A stretch of 60,728 bases of DNA, counting the filler. It is 3 parts of 3 records of this genome, joined end to end, with 100 filler letters (N's around TTAATTAATTAA, not from the genome) between each part and the next. Parts side by side here need not be neighbours in the genome. Positions count along the whole stretch, not along the records: positions 36,402 to 60,728 come from DRR723986_6233; 2 more parts are not named here. One strand, written 5' to 3'. The notes beneath the pieces are model-generated. The model saw only the letters and a program-made list of their open reading frames with translations. It searched no databases and was not told the DNA's origin. Positions 37,263-48,673 of the stretch are shown in pieces. The position numbers were made by a program, and so were the translations under genes. The stretch's first letter is position 1. Every line of letters begins with the position of its first letter.

Positions 37263-39473
37263 ATGAGCTACAAGAATTTCACCGTTGAAACCGATGAGGA
37301 CGGTTTTGCCCTGATCACCTGGGACATGCCGGAAAAATCGATGAACGTCATCGATCTGTCGGTCATGGACGAGCTGGGTGCGATTGTCGACCAGGTGGCA
37401 AGTGACGACGCCATCAAGGGGGCCGTGATCACGTCCGGCAAGTCCGCCTTTTCCGGTGGTGCCGACCTGACCATGCTGGAAGGGCTTCTGAAGGACTTCC
37501 ACATCAAGCGCGGTAACGACGCGGAAGCTGCGGCCAAGGCTCTGTTCGAAGGATCGCGCAAGCTGTCTCAGGTCTACCGCAAGCTGGAAACCTGCGGCAA
37601 ACCCTTCGTCGCCGCCGTTGCCGGCACCTGCATGGGCGGCGGTACCGAGCTGGCACTGGCCTGTCATGGCCGCGTCGTTGACGAAGGCCTGAAAATGGGT
37701 CTGCCGGAAGTCAAGGTAGGCCTCTTTCCGGGCGCCGGTGGCACCCAGCGTGTCATGCGCATGACGGACGGACAGCAGGGCATGCAGTTCCTGCTCCAGG
37801 GCCGCACCCTGCGGGCACCCCAGGCCAAACAGATGAAACTGGTGGATGAAGTCGCCCCGACCAAGAAACTGGTCGCCGCCGCCAAGAAGATGCTGAAGGC
37901 AGGCCTCGACCCGGTCAAGGACTGGGACAAGAAGGGTTACAAGCTGCCAAACGGCAAGGTCTATTCCCCTGCCGGTTTCCAGTTCTGGCCGGCCGCCAAC
38001 GCGATCTACCGCCGCGAGACCTATGACAACTATCCGGGTGCCCGCTACCTGCTGCGCTCCGTCGTCGAAGGTCTGCAGCTGCCGATGGATCTCGCGCTTC
38101 AGGTGGAAAGCCGCTACTTCGCCAAGGTGCTGCAGGCCCCGGAAGCCGCCAACATGATCCGCTCGCTGTTCGTCTCCATGCAGGAGCTGAACAAGCTGGC
38201 TCGCCGCCCGGTGGATCAGCGTCCAAACAAGATCCGCAAGATCGGCATTCTCGGCGCAGGCTTCATGGGTGCAGGCATTGCCTATGTTACGGCACAGGCG
38301 GGCATCGACGTCGTCCTGATCGACCGCGACCAGGAAGCCGCCGACAAGGGCAAGGCTCATTCCGAAGAGCTGATCACCAAGGCGATCAAGCGTGGCCGGG
38401 CGAGCGAAGAACAGAAGGATAAGCTTCTGTCGAAGATCACCTCCACCGTCGATTATGAAGCCCTGACAGATTGCGATCTGGTGATTGAAGCCGTCTTCGA
38501 AGATCGCGAGATCAAGAAGGCGGTGACGGAGAAGGCCGAGGCGGTGATGAAGTCTCGTGCCATCTATGCTTCCAACACCTCGACCCTGCCGATCACCTCG
38601 CTGGCGCAGGCGTCCAAGCGACCGAAGAACTTCATCGGCATTCACTTCTTCTCGCCGGTCGACAAGATGATGCTGGTGGAAGTGATCCTCGGCAAGCGCA
38701 CTTCCGACCGCGCCCTTGCCATGGCGCTCGACTATATCAAGGCCATCAAGAAGACCCCGATCGTCGTCAATGACAGCCGCGGCTTCTATACCTCGCGTGT
38801 CGTCATGACCTATATTCGCGAAGGCCTGATGATGCTGGCGGACGGCGTTCCGGCGGCCATGATCGAGAATGCGGGCAAGATGGCCGGCATGCCGGTCGGA
38901 CCGCTGTCGCTTGGCGATGAAGTGGCGCTGGATCTTGCCTGGAAGATCGTTTCCGCCACCCGCAAGGACCTCGGCGTCAAATATGTCGAAGGCCCGCTCG
39001 ACAACATCCTGGAAGAGATGGTGGTGAAGCAGGAGCGTTTCGGCCGCAAGAACGGCAAGGGCTTCTACGACTACAAGGGCAAGGACAAGAGCCTGTGGCC
39101 CGGCATTCCGGAAGTCACCGGTCAACCGAAGCCTGCAGAGAGCTTCAACATCGAGGAACTCAAGCAGCGTCTCCTGGTGATGCAGGCGCTCGAAACCGCC
39201 CGCATCTTCGAGGAAAAGTGCCTGACGGATGTGCGTGAAGCCGATGTCGGCTCCATTCTTGGTTTCGGCTTCGCACCCTATACCGGCGGTACGCTCAGCT
39301 ATATCGACATGATGGGCACGCCGGCCTTTGTCGACTTGTGCAAGAAGTTCACCCGCAAGTGGGGACCGCGCTTCAAGCCGAACAAGCTGCTGAAGGATAT
39401 GGCCAAGGAAAACGAGACGTTCTACGGCAAATTCCCGCCGAAAGCCGAAGCGAAGGTCAAGGACGCAGCCTGA
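37263..39473 (+). CDS. fadJ: fatty-acid oxidation complex alpha subunit (enoyl-CoA hydratase / 3-hydroxyacyl-CoA dehydrogenase)
   Basis: [44 protein letters not shown]. Confidence 0.93.
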   Translation: MSYKNFTVETDEDGFALITWDMPEKSMNVIDLSVMDELGAIVDQVASDDAIKGAVITSGKSAFSGGADLTMLEGLLKDFHIKRGNDAEAAAKALFEGSRKLSQVYRKLETCGKPFVAAVAGTCMGGGTELALACHGRVVDEGLKMGLPEVKVGLFPGAGGTQRVMRMTDGQQGMQFLLQGRTLRAPQAKQMKLVDEVAPTKKLVAAAKKMLKAGLDPVKDWDKKGYKLPNGKVYSPAGFQFWPAANAIYRRETYDNYPGARYLLRSVVEGLQLPMDLALQVESRYFAKVLQAPEAANMIRSLFVSMQELNKLARRPVDQRPNKIRKIGILGAGFMGAGIAYVTAQAGIDVVLIDRDQEAADKGKAHSEELITKAIKRGRASEEQKDKLLSKITSTVDYEALTDCDLVIEAVFEDREIKKAVTEKAEAVMKSRAIYASNTSTLPITSLAQASKRPKNFIGIHFFSPVDKMMLVEVILGKRTSDRALAMALDYIKAIKKTPIVVNDSRGFYTSRVVMTYIREGLMMLADGVPAAMIENAGKMAGMPVGPLSLGDEVALDLAWKIVSATRKDLGVKYVEGPLDNILEEMVVKQERFGRKNGKGFYDYKGKDKSLWPGIPEVTGQPKPAESFNIEELKQRLLVMQALETARIFEEKCLTDVREADVGSILGFGFAPYTGGTLSYIDMMGTPAFVDLCKKFTRKWGPRFKPNKLLKDMAKENETFYGKFPPKAEAKVKDAA

Positions 39474-39601
39474 TCGACAACCGATGCCGCTTCCGGACGG
39501 GAGCGGCATCGCCCTATCGCATTCGCCAGCAATTGTTAGCATTTTACGACAAAACTTGATCCGGCGTGACTTGTCATGCACAGTTCTGCTTGGAATTAAG
39601 C

Positions 39602-40744
39602 ATGGGCAGGCTGGAGATACGAATGCCGCTAGATGGCGAATGGGCGCGCTCGGATGTCTTCCGCGTTCTGCGCGACATTTGTTCGAACGCCAATCTGCAC
39701 TGGCCTCAAATGGCCAGGGACTATGAATTCGATCTCGCCAGCCTGGACGATCCTCAGGGCACCGTGCCGATAGCCGCTTGGCATGCCGTTTTTGAACATA
39801 TCGCCAATGTTCTGGGCGATGACGCCGTCATGTTCGATCTGTTCAACACGATCGACATCGGCTGCTTTTCAATCTTCGACTATCTGTTTGCCTGCGCTCC
39901 GGCACTCAGGGAAGCCTGTCAGGCCTGGGCGAAGTTCAGTCCGATCAGAACCAATGCCTATCGGGTAATTTTCGAGGAAGACCAAACCGGCGGCTTCGTG
40001 GAATGGCCTATTCTTGAAGGACGCGGTGAATGGCGACAGAACGTGTTCGGACGCATCGGCTGGGCGACCCAGCAGATTGAACATGCACTCGACATGAAAG
40101 CGCCGCCAATCCTTATCGAGCTCGCGACCTCACAACCAAATTGCACGTCCAATTTTCAGAAGAAATATCAGGGCCGGATCAAGTTCGGCGCGACCCGCAA
40201 CAGGATTTCGTTTCCGAAAACGTTGCTCTCCCGCCCGCTCCGGCGCCACGACGCCCACCTTTACGAGATCATCCTGACGTCTGCGAATTCGGAACTGGAA
40301 AGGTTCGGCCAGTTTGAATCTCCGCTGTCGCGCATTGCCAATGAAGTTTCCGCCAGCCTGTCGACCGGGACATGCACCCTGCCGCTCATTTCAGCGAAAC
40401 TTGGCATGTCGCAGAGGGCGGTGCAGAGGCTTCTGGAAAAGGAAGGCACCAGCTTCCGTCAGCTAAGCGAGGAAGTTCGGCGTTCCGCAGCCGAACGATA
40501 TCTTCTGGGAACGGACCTTCCGATGAAGGAGATCGCCTATCTCCTCGGCTTTTCGGAACTGAGCACCTTTTCGCGCGCCGTGAAGACATGGTTTGGCGTC
40601 TCCCCCAAGAAGGTTCGGGATGCACCCCGCTCCAGATCTCCTGCTGCTGCTAATTCCACGACGGGGCGCAAGCAACCGATGCAGCGCTCCAAGGTCACGG
40701 TGGCGACACCCTCCGCTGTTCGGCAATCCGCTGCCACAAAATGA
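39602..40744 (+). CDS. AraC-family transcriptional regulator (OruR-like N-domain)
   Basis: [45 protein letters not shown]. Confidence 0.92.
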   Translation: MGRLEIRMPLDGEWARSDVFRVLRDICSNANLHWPQMARDYEFDLASLDDPQGTVPIAAWHAVFEHIANVLGDDAVMFDLFNTIDIGCFSIFDYLFACAPALREACQAWAKFSPIRTNAYRVIFEEDQTGGFVEWPILEGRGEWRQNVFGRIGWATQQIEHALDMKAPPILIELATSQPNCTSNFQKKYQGRIKFGATRNRISFPKTLLSRPLRRHDAHLYEIILTSANSELERFGQFESPLSRIANEVSASLSTGTCTLPLISAKLGMSQRAVQRLLEKEGTSFRQLSEEVRRSAAERYLLGTDLPMKEIAYLLGFSELSTFSRAVKTWFGVSPKKVRDAPRSRSPAAANSTTGRKQPMQRSKVTVATPSAVRQSAATK

Positions 40745-41305
40745 TTTCGTTTCCAGCCCTGGACAGGGCTTGGTCACCGCGAAGCTGTGATGGTTTGAGA
40801 ATTGCGGCACGGCGGTTACGGGCTTGTCACCACCGTGCCAGAGATCATTCTTGTTGCCGGCGGTTCCGTCGAGAACACTCGACTGAACCCGCCAATACCG
40901 CTATCGGCTGCTCTTTCATTTGCATGAAGAACAGGACGGGTCGATGGCGGCTGGCCCATCCTGCAGTGTGTGCGCCTTTTCTGCCGGTTCAGCACTTGTG
41001 CCAGTCCGGCGGCTGTCTTTCACCGCAGGTAGAGGAAGGCAGACCGTCGCGGTTGTGGGTGGCCGCAAACAATCTAGATGCACATTCCTGAAAGTTTAAT
41101 ACGCCAACAGGGCCGCTGCGTCTTTGGCAGGAAGCGAACAGAACTTTACGAATTACGACACCAAACTTAATTAATAAGAAATTTTACAAACGGCCTTCGC
41201 ACGAGCTGGAGTTGCCGCCGTGCTTGCCAGGCCTCATTGTAATCGGCACCGAATATTCCTAACTTCTGGCCAGGAATGGTAAGCAACGTCACGCAGGAGA
41301 CACAT

Positions 41306-41581
41306 ATGTCCGACACCGGCCTGAGCCGTTTTCTGGGAGGTTCACCAGCCCAGGTGCTTTTGCGGCTTGTGTTCCTGTCCTTCGTTGTCGGCATTATCCT
41401 GTCCGCGCTGAACCTCGACCCGCTTGACCTGATCACCATGTCGATCGATTTTGTCGAACGCCTGTGGAACATGGGTTTCAACGCCCTTGGACGCCTGGGC
41501 AAGTATCTGGTTATCGGCGCAATGGTGGTTGTCCCGATCTGGCTGGTTACTCGCATTCTGGCCATGGGTCGAAACCGCTAG
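41306..41581 (+). CDS. small conserved alphaproteobacterial membrane protein (DUF6460-like)
   Basis: RFLGGSP..VLLRLVFLSFVVG...IGAMVVVPIWL; RBS AGGAGA. Confidence 0.8.
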   Translation: MSDTGLSRFLGGSPAQVLLRLVFLSFVVGIILSALNLDPLDLITMSIDFVERLWNMGFNALGRLGKYLVIGAMVVVPIWLVTRILAMGRNR

Positions 41582-41637
41582 TCCCGGCACAGGCCTGCGT
41601 TTGTCACTTAAGGCAAGCACGCAACCCTTGCGGGAAA

Positions 41638-41663
41638 TTAACCCTTTCTTAATCATAATTAAC
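41638..41663 (+). promoter_or_regulatory. CtrA-type binding site
   Basis: TTAA-ccctttc-TTAA (N7) followed by an extra TTAAC half-site, 40 nt upstream of ORF 41704. Confidence 0.6.
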
Positions 41664-41703
41664 TGAAACTGGCGGAACCTCCCGAGCCTTAAGGGGCCCT
41701 TGC

Positions 41704-42750
41704 ATGTCCGCCATCGCAACATCGAAATTTGCTGCCTCCTACCAGGCCTACGCCCGCGCGGGTTCTGGTGCGGGCAATCGCTCAGGTTCGCTTGCTGCCG
41801 CACAAACGCTCACCACGTTTCTGGGGGCCAACGGTTCGGCCGACGACGAGGACAAGGCAAAATCCCTCTTCGAAACCTACAAGGATTCTGTTGAGCTCAG
41901 CGACGGCCTCGCCCGGTCGGTGGAGAACAACAAGGATGCGATGCGCAGGCAAAAGATCGAGATGGTCCAGAAGCGCATCGAACGGCTCAAGGAAATGCTG
42001 CGGTTCGCAACGCCGGAGCAGGCCAAGCGTCTGCTCAAGGAGCTGAAACAGATCTCCAAGGAGTTCAAGTCCGCCTCCCAGGACCTCAAGTCGGCAGGCC
42101 AGAGCTTGAGCGGTGGAGGCGTCGGTACGGGTGTTCTTTCAGGCGCTTCAAACATTGCCACCACAGCAGATATCATAACCGGTCCCGGGACGCAGGTTAA
42201 TGCAACCTCCGCATTGGTCGAGACGGTGTCTGCGGCAGCGAGCAGTCCCGAGACACAAATTCCGGTATCCGGATCTGAAACGGGTGCCGCGACTTCGGGA
42301 CCGGAGAGCCAGGCGACGGGTCAGGCTCAGACCGGAGCGGAGCAGGATGGTTCTTCCGCAGGCGCACAGGATCCGGACAGCTGGCGGGAAGACCTGAAAG
42401 CGGCTGTCCTGACCTACACGGAACAGCAACAGGAAACGAACAAGGCAATCGCCGCAAGCCGCAGGTCCGGGCTGCAGGGCGACAAGGAAGCCCTCGCCAA
42501 GATGGCTGAGGACATCAAGTCTCTTGCCCAACAGATAGAACGCCTGCTCAAGCGCGATGAGCGCGACACAAAAAAAGATCTGAAAGACGTCCGTGCAGAT
42601 CTCAAGGACGGCGTCAAGGCACTGAGGGCCTCAGACTTCAGCGCGCAGCCAGGCCCAGCTTCCACCGCGAGCCCTGCGGGTACGGACGGGGTTTCGACCG
42701 CAACAGGTTCGACATCGGTCTCCCTGCAGGTGTCCGATATCCTGGTGTGA
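41704..42750 (+). CDS. hypothetical coiled-coil protein
   Basis: 348-aa ORF with host-like codon usage; two helical blocks joined by a Ser/Thr/Gly-rich linker. Confidence 0.75.
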   Translation: MSAIATSKFAASYQAYARAGSGAGNRSGSLAAAQTLTTFLGANGSADDEDKAKSLFETYKDSVELSDGLARSVENNKDAMRRQKIEMVQKRIERLKEMLRFATPEQAKRLLKELKQISKEFKSASQDLKSAGQSLSGGGVGTGVLSGASNIATTADIITGPGTQVNATSALVETVSAAASSPETQIPVSGSETGAATSGPESQATGQAQTGAEQDGSSAGAQDPDSWREDLKAAVLTYTEQQQETNKAIAASRRSGLQGDKEALAKMAEDIKSLAQQIERLLKRDERDTKKDLKDVRADLKDGVKALRASDFSAQPGPASTASPAGTDGVSTATGSTSVSLQVSDILV

Positions 42751-42761
42751 ACCGGCTGGCT

Positions 42762-43709
42762 TTAGCCGGCCACCTGTTCATTGGCGGCGACCATAGTGAA
42801 ATCTTCAGCCATAACGGCCTTGGCTGTTCGATGCAGTGTCACATGGCGATCGGCCAGTTCGTCGATGTCCGTCGAATAGCCTCCGCCCAGAACACCCGCC
42901 AGCGGCACGTCCGCCTTTCGCACCGTTTCGATGACATAGCGGTCACGCCTGCAAAGACCGTCGCGTGAAAGCGACAGTCTGCCGAGACGATCACCGGCAT
43001 AGGGATCGACGCCGGCATTGAAGAAAACGATGTCCCAGGGCCCCTGGCGCAGCAGATCAGGCAGAACCTCTTCCAGAACAGCAAGATAGACTTCGTCACT
43101 CGTCCCATCGGCAAGACCTATATCGAGATGGGAGGGGACCTTGCGCACGGGGTAGTTCTTTTCCGAGTGAAGCGAGAAAGTGAAGACATCCGGGTCGCCC
43201 TGAAAGATGTCCGCGGTGCCGTCTCCCTGATGCACGTCCAGGTCGACCACCAGCGCCTTGCGGATGGCGCCGTCCGCCTGCAACACCTTGATGGCAACTG
43301 CGACGTCATTGAAGACGCAGAACCCGGCTCCGTGTACACGCCGGGCATGATGACTGCCGCCGGCGGTGTTGCAGGCAATGCCGTGTTCCAACGCCAGATA
43401 TCCCGTCAACACGGTCCCACCCGTTGCACAGCGTGCCCGCAGGGCGATGTCCTCGCGCATCGGAAAACCGATTTCCCGCGCCACCTTTTCCGGCACCCGG
43501 GCATTGAAGACCTGATCCACATAGGCCGGCTCATGTGCGAGTGCGACCCACTCGAAGGGGGCGGGACGAGGCCTGAAAAAGGCGTTGTCGCCGAGAAGCC
43601 CATCCTGCCGTATCAACTCGGCGACGGCACGGAACTTGTCCATCGGGAACCGGTGATTGGCGGGAAGATCGGCGCAGTAGGCCGGATGGTGAACGATAGG
43701 CAGGGTCAT
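42762..43709 (-). CDS. histone deacetylase family protein
   Basis: HRFPMDKF, GGSHHA, GFCVFND, DLDVHQGDGT, AGVD...D.LG, GGGY. Confidence 0.94.
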   Translation of the reverse strand: MTLPIVHHPAYCADLPANHRFPMDKFRAVAELIRQDGLLGDNAFFRPRPAPFEWVALAHEPAYVDQVFNARVPEKVAREIGFPMREDIALRARCATGGTVLTGYLALEHGIACNTAGGSHHARRVHGAGFCVFNDVAVAIKVLQADGAIRKALVVDLDVHQGDGTADIFQGDPDVFTFSLHSEKNYPVRKVPSHLDIGLADGTSDEVYLAVLEEVLPDLLRQGPWDIVFFNAGVDPYAGDRLGRLSLSRDGLCRRDRYVIETVRKADVPLAGVLGGGYSTDIDELADRHVTLHRTAKAVMAEDFTMVAANEQVAG

Positions 43710-43891
43710 CTGTGCGCAATATAAGGCGCGCCGGCGCTACGGGCACCCCTTTGAACGACACAGCAGATCCGAATTTTACGGCTCAGTGCAAATTCGGCTG
43801 CCATGTCCGTGAATACCCGGTATGTGCCGAAATGAATTGACGTGCCGAGGCAAGGCAGACATGAAGGTCTTCCTCTCGAAGCGAGCCATCG

Positions 43892-45244
43892 ATGTCCCAA
43901 CTTTCAGCAACCGGCGAGCGGCCGAAACTGGCGTTTGCGGTTACCCACCGCACTGTTCTTGCCATCGCCATTCCGATGACGCTCGCCTATCTGTCGACGC
44001 CCCTGCTCGGCATCGTCGACATGGCCGTGATCGGCCGCCTTGGCGACCCGGCTCTGCTTGGCGGGATTGCCATAGGCGGGATCATCTTCGACCTGGTGTT
44101 CACGACCTTCAACTTCTTGAGGTCCGGGACGACAGGCCTGACAGCCCAGGCTTTCGGTGCCCAGAACGAAGAAGAAGTCAGGGCAACACTGCTGCGCGCC
44201 TTCGTGATTGCGGCCATCGGCGGGCTCCTGGTCATCTTCTTGCAAGCTCCCTTACGGGAAATCGGGCTCTGGTTCCTGGGAGGCAGTGCGGATGTGCAGG
44301 CCGCAACGAGCCGCTACTTTGACATCCGCGTCTATAGTGCCCCTTTTCTCCTTGCAAACTATGCCATGCTCGGCTGGTTCATCGGCCTCGGGCGTGCGGG
44401 AACAGGGCTGGTGCTTCAGCTCGTTCTGAACGGGCTCAACATCGGCCTCAGTGTCTGGTTCGTCATCGGTTTCGGCTGGAGCGTGGAAGGTGTCGCGCTG
44501 GCAACTGTCCTGAGTGAAATCGCGGCAACGGCACTGGGCGTCTGCCTGGTCGTCTTCACCACCGGCAAGACGTCCTGGCCGGCTTTTCAGGTGATTTTCG
44601 ACCGCCGCCTGCTGGTGCGGATGATGGCCGTCAACAGAGACATCATGATCCGCTCCTTCACCCTTCTCTTCGCCTTCGCGTTTTTCACGGCGCGTTCGGC
44701 AGACCAGGGTGACACAGTATTGGCCGCAAACGCTCTGCTTGAGAAGTTCATCATGCTGGCTGCATTCTTTCTGGATGGCCTGGCAACCGCGGCGGAACAG
44801 CTTGCCGGCCGGGCGGTCGGGGCAAGATACCGGCCCGCCTTCGACCGCGCATTGAAACTGACAGCACTGTGGAGCTTCGCCCTGGCGGGGATCCTGTCGA
44901 CGCTGTTCTGGTTTTTCGGGCAGTACATGATCGATTTCATGACAACGGCAGAAGATGTCCGTCAGGTAACGTCGACCTATCTTGTGTGGGCGATACTGAC
45001 CCCGGTCTTCGGCGTGCTGGCATTCCAGATGGACGGGGTCTTTATCGGCGCTACGTGGTCATCGACCATGCGCAACAAGATGCTGTTGTCGCTCGTCGTT
45101 TACCTGGCTGCCTATTACCTTCTGTTTCCTATCCTGGGGAACCACGGTCTTTGGCTCGCCTTCCTGCTGTTCTTCGGAACGCGTGGCCTGACATTGCTGG
45201 CCGCCTGCAGAAAGCGGGCAGCCGAGACGTTCGGCAACGCATAA
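43892..45244 (+). CDS. dinF: MATE family efflux transporter (DinF-like)
   Basis: PLLGIVD.AVIGRL, FLRSGTTGLTAQ, DIMIRS, FQMDGVFIGAT. Confidence 0.9.
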   Translation: MSQLSATGERPKLAFAVTHRTVLAIAIPMTLAYLSTPLLGIVDMAVIGRLGDPALLGGIAIGGIIFDLVFTTFNFLRSGTTGLTAQAFGAQNEEEVRATLLRAFVIAAIGGLLVIFLQAPLREIGLWFLGGSADVQAATSRYFDIRVYSAPFLLANYAMLGWFIGLGRAGTGLVLQLVLNGLNIGLSVWFVIGFGWSVEGVALATVLSEIAATALGVCLVVFTTGKTSWPAFQVIFDRRLLVRMMAVNRDIMIRSFTLLFAFAFFTARSADQGDTVLAANALLEKFIMLAAFFLDGLATAAEQLAGRAVGARYRPAFDRALKLTALWSFALAGILSTLFWFFGQYMIDFMTTAEDVRQVTSTYLVWAILTPVFGVLAFQMDGVFIGATWSSTMRNKMLLSLVVYLAAYYLLFPILGNHGLWLAFLLFFGTRGLTLLAACRKRAAETFGNA

Positions 45245-45256
45245 GAACAGCTGTAT

Positions 45257-46351
45257 CTAGGCCGTTTCCGATGCCCAAGCATCGACATTGGCATCCCGCG
45301 CGTCGCGCAGCGACGCAATCCCGTGCTGGTCCAGTTTTGCAGAAAGGCCGCTCAGGATCTCGTCAATCAGCCCCGCGCCCTTGAACACAAGGGCAGAATA
45401 GAGCTGCAACAGGTCCGCCCCCGCCGTGATCTTGGTCCAGGCGGTTTCCGCACTGTCGATACCGCCGACACCGATGATCGGCAGGTCCGGTCCGGCCAGT
45501 TTGCGTGCGCGCGCCAGCATGATGGTCGATTTCCGGAACAGGGGCTTGCCCGACAAGCCTCCGGTTTCCTGTGCCGGCCCCTTGCCGATCAGGCCGTCTC
45601 GTCCGATCGTCGTGTTGGAGACGATCAGGCCGTCGACGCTCTTGGCGAGCACTTCCACGACGATATCCTGCAGGTCCTCATCAGCAACGTCCGGCGCGAT
45701 CTTCAAGAGCACAGGAACCTTGCGCCCAAACGTCTGCGTGCATTCGTCCCGCGCCGTGATCACGGCGGTCAGCAGATCGGCAAGTGCGGACCGGGCCTGC
45801 AGGTCGCGCAGTCCCGGTGTGTTGGGTGAAGAAATGTTGACGGTAAAATAAGACGCCAAGTCGGCGAATGCGGTGATGCCGGCGACGTAGTCGGCAATCC
45901 GGTCGGTTGCGTCCTTGTTGGCACCAACATTGATGCCGACAATTCCTGTCAACCGCCGGCGGGCTTCAAGCCGCTGGCGCAAGGCTGCGTGGCCTTCGTT
46001 GTTGAATCCATAGCGGTTGATCACGCCTTCGTCTGCGGGCAAGCGGAACACCCTCGGCCGCGGATTGCCGGGTTGCGGCTTCGGGGTAACCGACCCTGCC
46101 TCGGTATATCCGAACCCCAGCTTCAGCAGCGCATCGGGCACTTCGCCGTTCTTGTCGAACCCTGCAGCCATTCCGAGCGGATTGGGAAAGGTCAGATCCC
46201 AGAGCTTCACTGCAAGGCGCGGGTCAGACACCTTCCGGCGCGGCGGCATCAGACCGGATTTCAAAGCCACAACAGTCGCACGGTGCGCGGTTTCGGCGTC
46301 CAGGCACTGCAGGCCTCTCAGCGCAACGTTTTCAAGGAAAGGCGGTATCAT
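45257..46351 (-). CDS. pyrD: quinone-dependent dihydroorotate dehydrogenase
   Basis: NPLGMAAGFDKN, NISSPNTPGLR, LKIAPD, GGLSGKPL. Confidence 0.97.
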   Translation of the reverse strand: MIPPFLENVALRGLQCLDAETAHRATVVALKSGLMPPRRKVSDPRLAVKLWDLTFPNPLGMAAGFDKNGEVPDALLKLGFGYTEAGSVTPKPQPGNPRPRVFRLPADEGVINRYGFNNEGHAALRQRLEARRRLTGIVGINVGANKDATDRIADYVAGITAFADLASYFTVNISSPNTPGLRDLQARSALADLLTAVITARDECTQTFGRKVPVLLKIAPDVADEDLQDIVVEVLAKSVDGLIVSNTTIGRDGLIGKGPAQETGGLSGKPLFRKSTIMLARARKLAGPDLPIIGVGGIDSAETAWTKITAGADLLQLYSALVFKGAGLIDEILSGLSAKLDQHGIASLRDARDANVDAWASETA

Positions 46352-46692
46352 TGATCCAGCTCCGGAAAGTCATGTGACCCGTCCGGTGAAAGCGGCAGTT
46401 CCTTCACCCAGAGTGCGACCTTCGGGTCCAGCGAGCCATAGAGATGGGGAAACAGGGCCCCGCCCCGGGAAGTTTCCCATTTCAACAAGTCGCCAAACCC
46501 ATCAGCATCAAAGGCGGCCAGCAACAGACCCTGATGGCCCGCGAAATGCTTTGCAGCGGTTTCCCGGACCTGATCCTCGGCGGAAAAATGAATGAAGCCG
46601 TCCTGAAGGTCCACCGGCGCGCCCTTGAAGACGCCTTGGTCGGTTGCCTCCTGCCACATGGATTTCGGGACGATCTTGAAAATCAGGGTCAT
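46348..46692 (-). CDS. DUF952 family protein
   Basis: DLQDGFIHFS, LKWETSRGGALFPHLYG; coupled to pyrD. Confidence 0.92.
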   Translation of the reverse strand: MTLIFKIVPKSMWQEATDQGVFKGAPVDLQDGFIHFSAEDQVRETAAKHFAGHQGLLLAAFDADGFGDLLKWETSRGGALFPHLYGSLDPKVALWVKELPLSPDGSHDFPELDQ

Positions 46693-46895
46693 CTGTCTGC
46701 CTTGCCTCTTGCCGGGGATGGCATGGCAGGCAAAGGCCCGGCGCATGCTCAGCCGGTCGGGACACTACTCATCCGAACCGTAGCGAACAAGCGGCACAAG
46801 GGACTCCAGCCTGTTTCTTTTGAATTTTGGTCGGGAAAACCCATATGAGCGAAAGGTATTTATTCCTGTCGCGTCAATACGGAGAAACGGCAGCC

Positions 46896-47528
46896 GTGCT
46901 CTCACATGAAAAGGTCTGGGCGGCCATTGATGCCCTCGCCTCGCAGAACGGGCTTTCGCCGTCCGGCCTGGCTCGGCGTGCCGGACTGGATCCGACCGCT
47001 TTCAACCCGTCGAAACGCGTTGCGGGCGACGGACGCCCACGGTGGCCATCGACAGAGTCGCTTGCCAAGGTGCTGGCCGCCACCGGCGAAGCCTTGAACA
47101 CGTTTGCCGCCAGAGTTGAAACCCCGGGCGGGCCAAACGACGCTGCGCCAGCTTTGGTGCCCCTTGCAGGGTTTGATGCTGCCTCGGACCGAAATGCCTT
47201 CGACAGTGCCGGCCGGCCAGCCGGCGCGACGTGGCAAAGTCTCAGCTTTCCCCAAATCGGCGCTGCGTTTGCGCTGCAGGTCAGCACCGAAGACTTCCAT
47301 CCCCTTTACAGAAACGGCGATATCGTCGTGGTTGCTCCCGGCGCGCCCCTTCGCACCGGTGACAGGCTTGCCATCAAGCTCAACAGTGGCCGGTTGTCGC
47401 TTTACACGTTGCAGGAGACAGGCGACGAAGACCTGGCGGTTTGCACAATCGGGGACAATTCACAGTCAGTGCGCTTTCAGCACTCGGCAATCGAGTGGAC
47501 AGCCCGTATTATCTGGGCGAGCCAATAA
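46896..47528 (+). CDS. XRE/CI-like HTH regulator with degenerate S24 domain
   Basis: LSHEKVWAAIDALA..GLSPSGLARRAGLDPTAFNPSKR..GRPRWPSTES; C-terminal PLYRNGD...WTARIIWASQ. Confidence 0.88.
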   Translation: MLSHEKVWAAIDALASQNGLSPSGLARRAGLDPTAFNPSKRVAGDGRPRWPSTESLAKVLAATGEALNTFAARVETPGGPNDAAPALVPLAGFDAASDRNAFDSAGRPAGATWQSLSFPQIGAAFALQVSTEDFHPLYRNGDIVVVAPGAPLRTGDRLAIKLNSGRLSLYTLQETGDEDLAVCTIGDNSQSVRFQHSAIEWTARIIWASQ

Positions 47529-47546
47529 CCTGCGAGCACACATTTG

Positions 47547-48488
47547 ATGAAGCTTCGGCCTCTCATAACGCCAGCAATCGTGCTGACCACCGCAGGTGGT
47601 CTGCTCGCCTGGCTGCTCCTGGCAGACCCGCCGTCCGTACAGGACGAGCCGGTAGCGGCAGGCAGCATCACCAGCACCGCCGAGGAAACAAGCGAGCCGG
47701 CAGAGACGCCCGAGCCCGCTCCGCAATCGTCCCCTCCCCAAGCCCAGACGCAGAAACCTGCACAGACACAAAGTGAACCCGTCGTCGTTGCCGCTGCGCC
47801 TTTGCCGAACGACATTCGCAACGTTTCGCCGGAGGGGGTATCGGCACCGCAGGTACAAGGTGACCTCAAACGTATCGAACCTTCCAAACGCTACCTGGAA
47901 CTGAAGGATCCGCCGATTGAACCGGTTCCGGACGGCCCACTGGAGCTGATGCGCGTGCAGGTTCTCGACGGCGGACGCATCAAGTCGGACCGGTTGACAG
48001 TAACGCTTGCCCATATCGTTCCGCTGAAATCGGACGAAACCTGTGTTTCCCGTCTCGGTGGCACCTGGCCCTGCGGCGCAAGGGCGCGCACTTTCCTGAG
48101 AGGACTGGTGCGGCAATTGAAGGTGGTATGCGAAAAGATCGAGGAGACCGGGCCGCAACAGATTCTGGCAACCTGCACCCGCGGATCGATGGACCTCAGC
48201 AAGCGTCTTGTCCGCTATGGCTGGGCGGATCCGGCGCCGGACGCACCTGCCGATTTCATGGAACTTGCCGAAAAGGCCAGAGACAGAAAAGTCGGCAAGT
48301 GGCAATCGGAATGGCTGACCGAGTTGCCGACGAGCGAACTGGAAACAGAAGTGCCGTCTGCCTTGCCAGGCCTTGAGGAACTTGCCCCGGAAATCGTCGA
48401 ATGGAGCCTGAGGACTGAACCGGAACAGCCGGGGCACGGTCAACCGGCAATCGAGGATTACCCGCAAGTAGAACGGCCGGTGCAGTAG
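47547..48488 (+). CDS. thermonuclease (SNase-like) family exported protein
   Basis: N-terminal TM, Pro-rich linker, VLDGG, C..GGTWPCG..AR, LVRYGWA, A.DRKVGKW. Confidence 0.75.
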   Translation: MKLRPLITPAIVLTTAGGLLAWLLLADPPSVQDEPVAAGSITSTAEETSEPAETPEPAPQSSPPQAQTQKPAQTQSEPVVVAAAPLPNDIRNVSPEGVSAPQVQGDLKRIEPSKRYLELKDPPIEPVPDGPLELMRVQVLDGGRIKSDRLTVTLAHIVPLKSDETCVSRLGGTWPCGARARTFLRGLVRQLKVVCEKIEETGPQQILATCTRGSMDLSKRLVRYGWADPAPDAPADFMELAEKARDRKVGKWQSEWLTELPTSELETEVPSALPGLEELAPEIVEWSLRTEPEQPGHGQPAIEDYPQVERPVQ

Positions 48489-48673
48489 GGCTGGAGCGGC
48501 ACCGCTTCGCGTTGAAGCAAGCCTTTGTTTCTCCTCCTCAACCGACCGCCTCTCACTGCTGCTGAAAAATCCTTGCGAGCGCCTCGAAGCAGCTCATACC
48601 TTCGGCGAATAGGGTTAATACATAGACAAATCAATCAGTACAATTAGTTCAATATTTACGCCCTTAAGGGAAA

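Noticed and set aside
36654-39581. 975-aa minus-strand ORF, and similar long ORFs at 25216-27075, 10630-12162, 23674-25038 and 52194-53519
   Set aside because: They are antisense shadows of well-supported genes in high-GC DNA and have no recognisable motifs.
40745-41305. sRNA or small ORFs in the 560-nt gap; natural TTAATTAA at ~41167
   Set aside because: No recognisable RNA family, terminator or coding signature.
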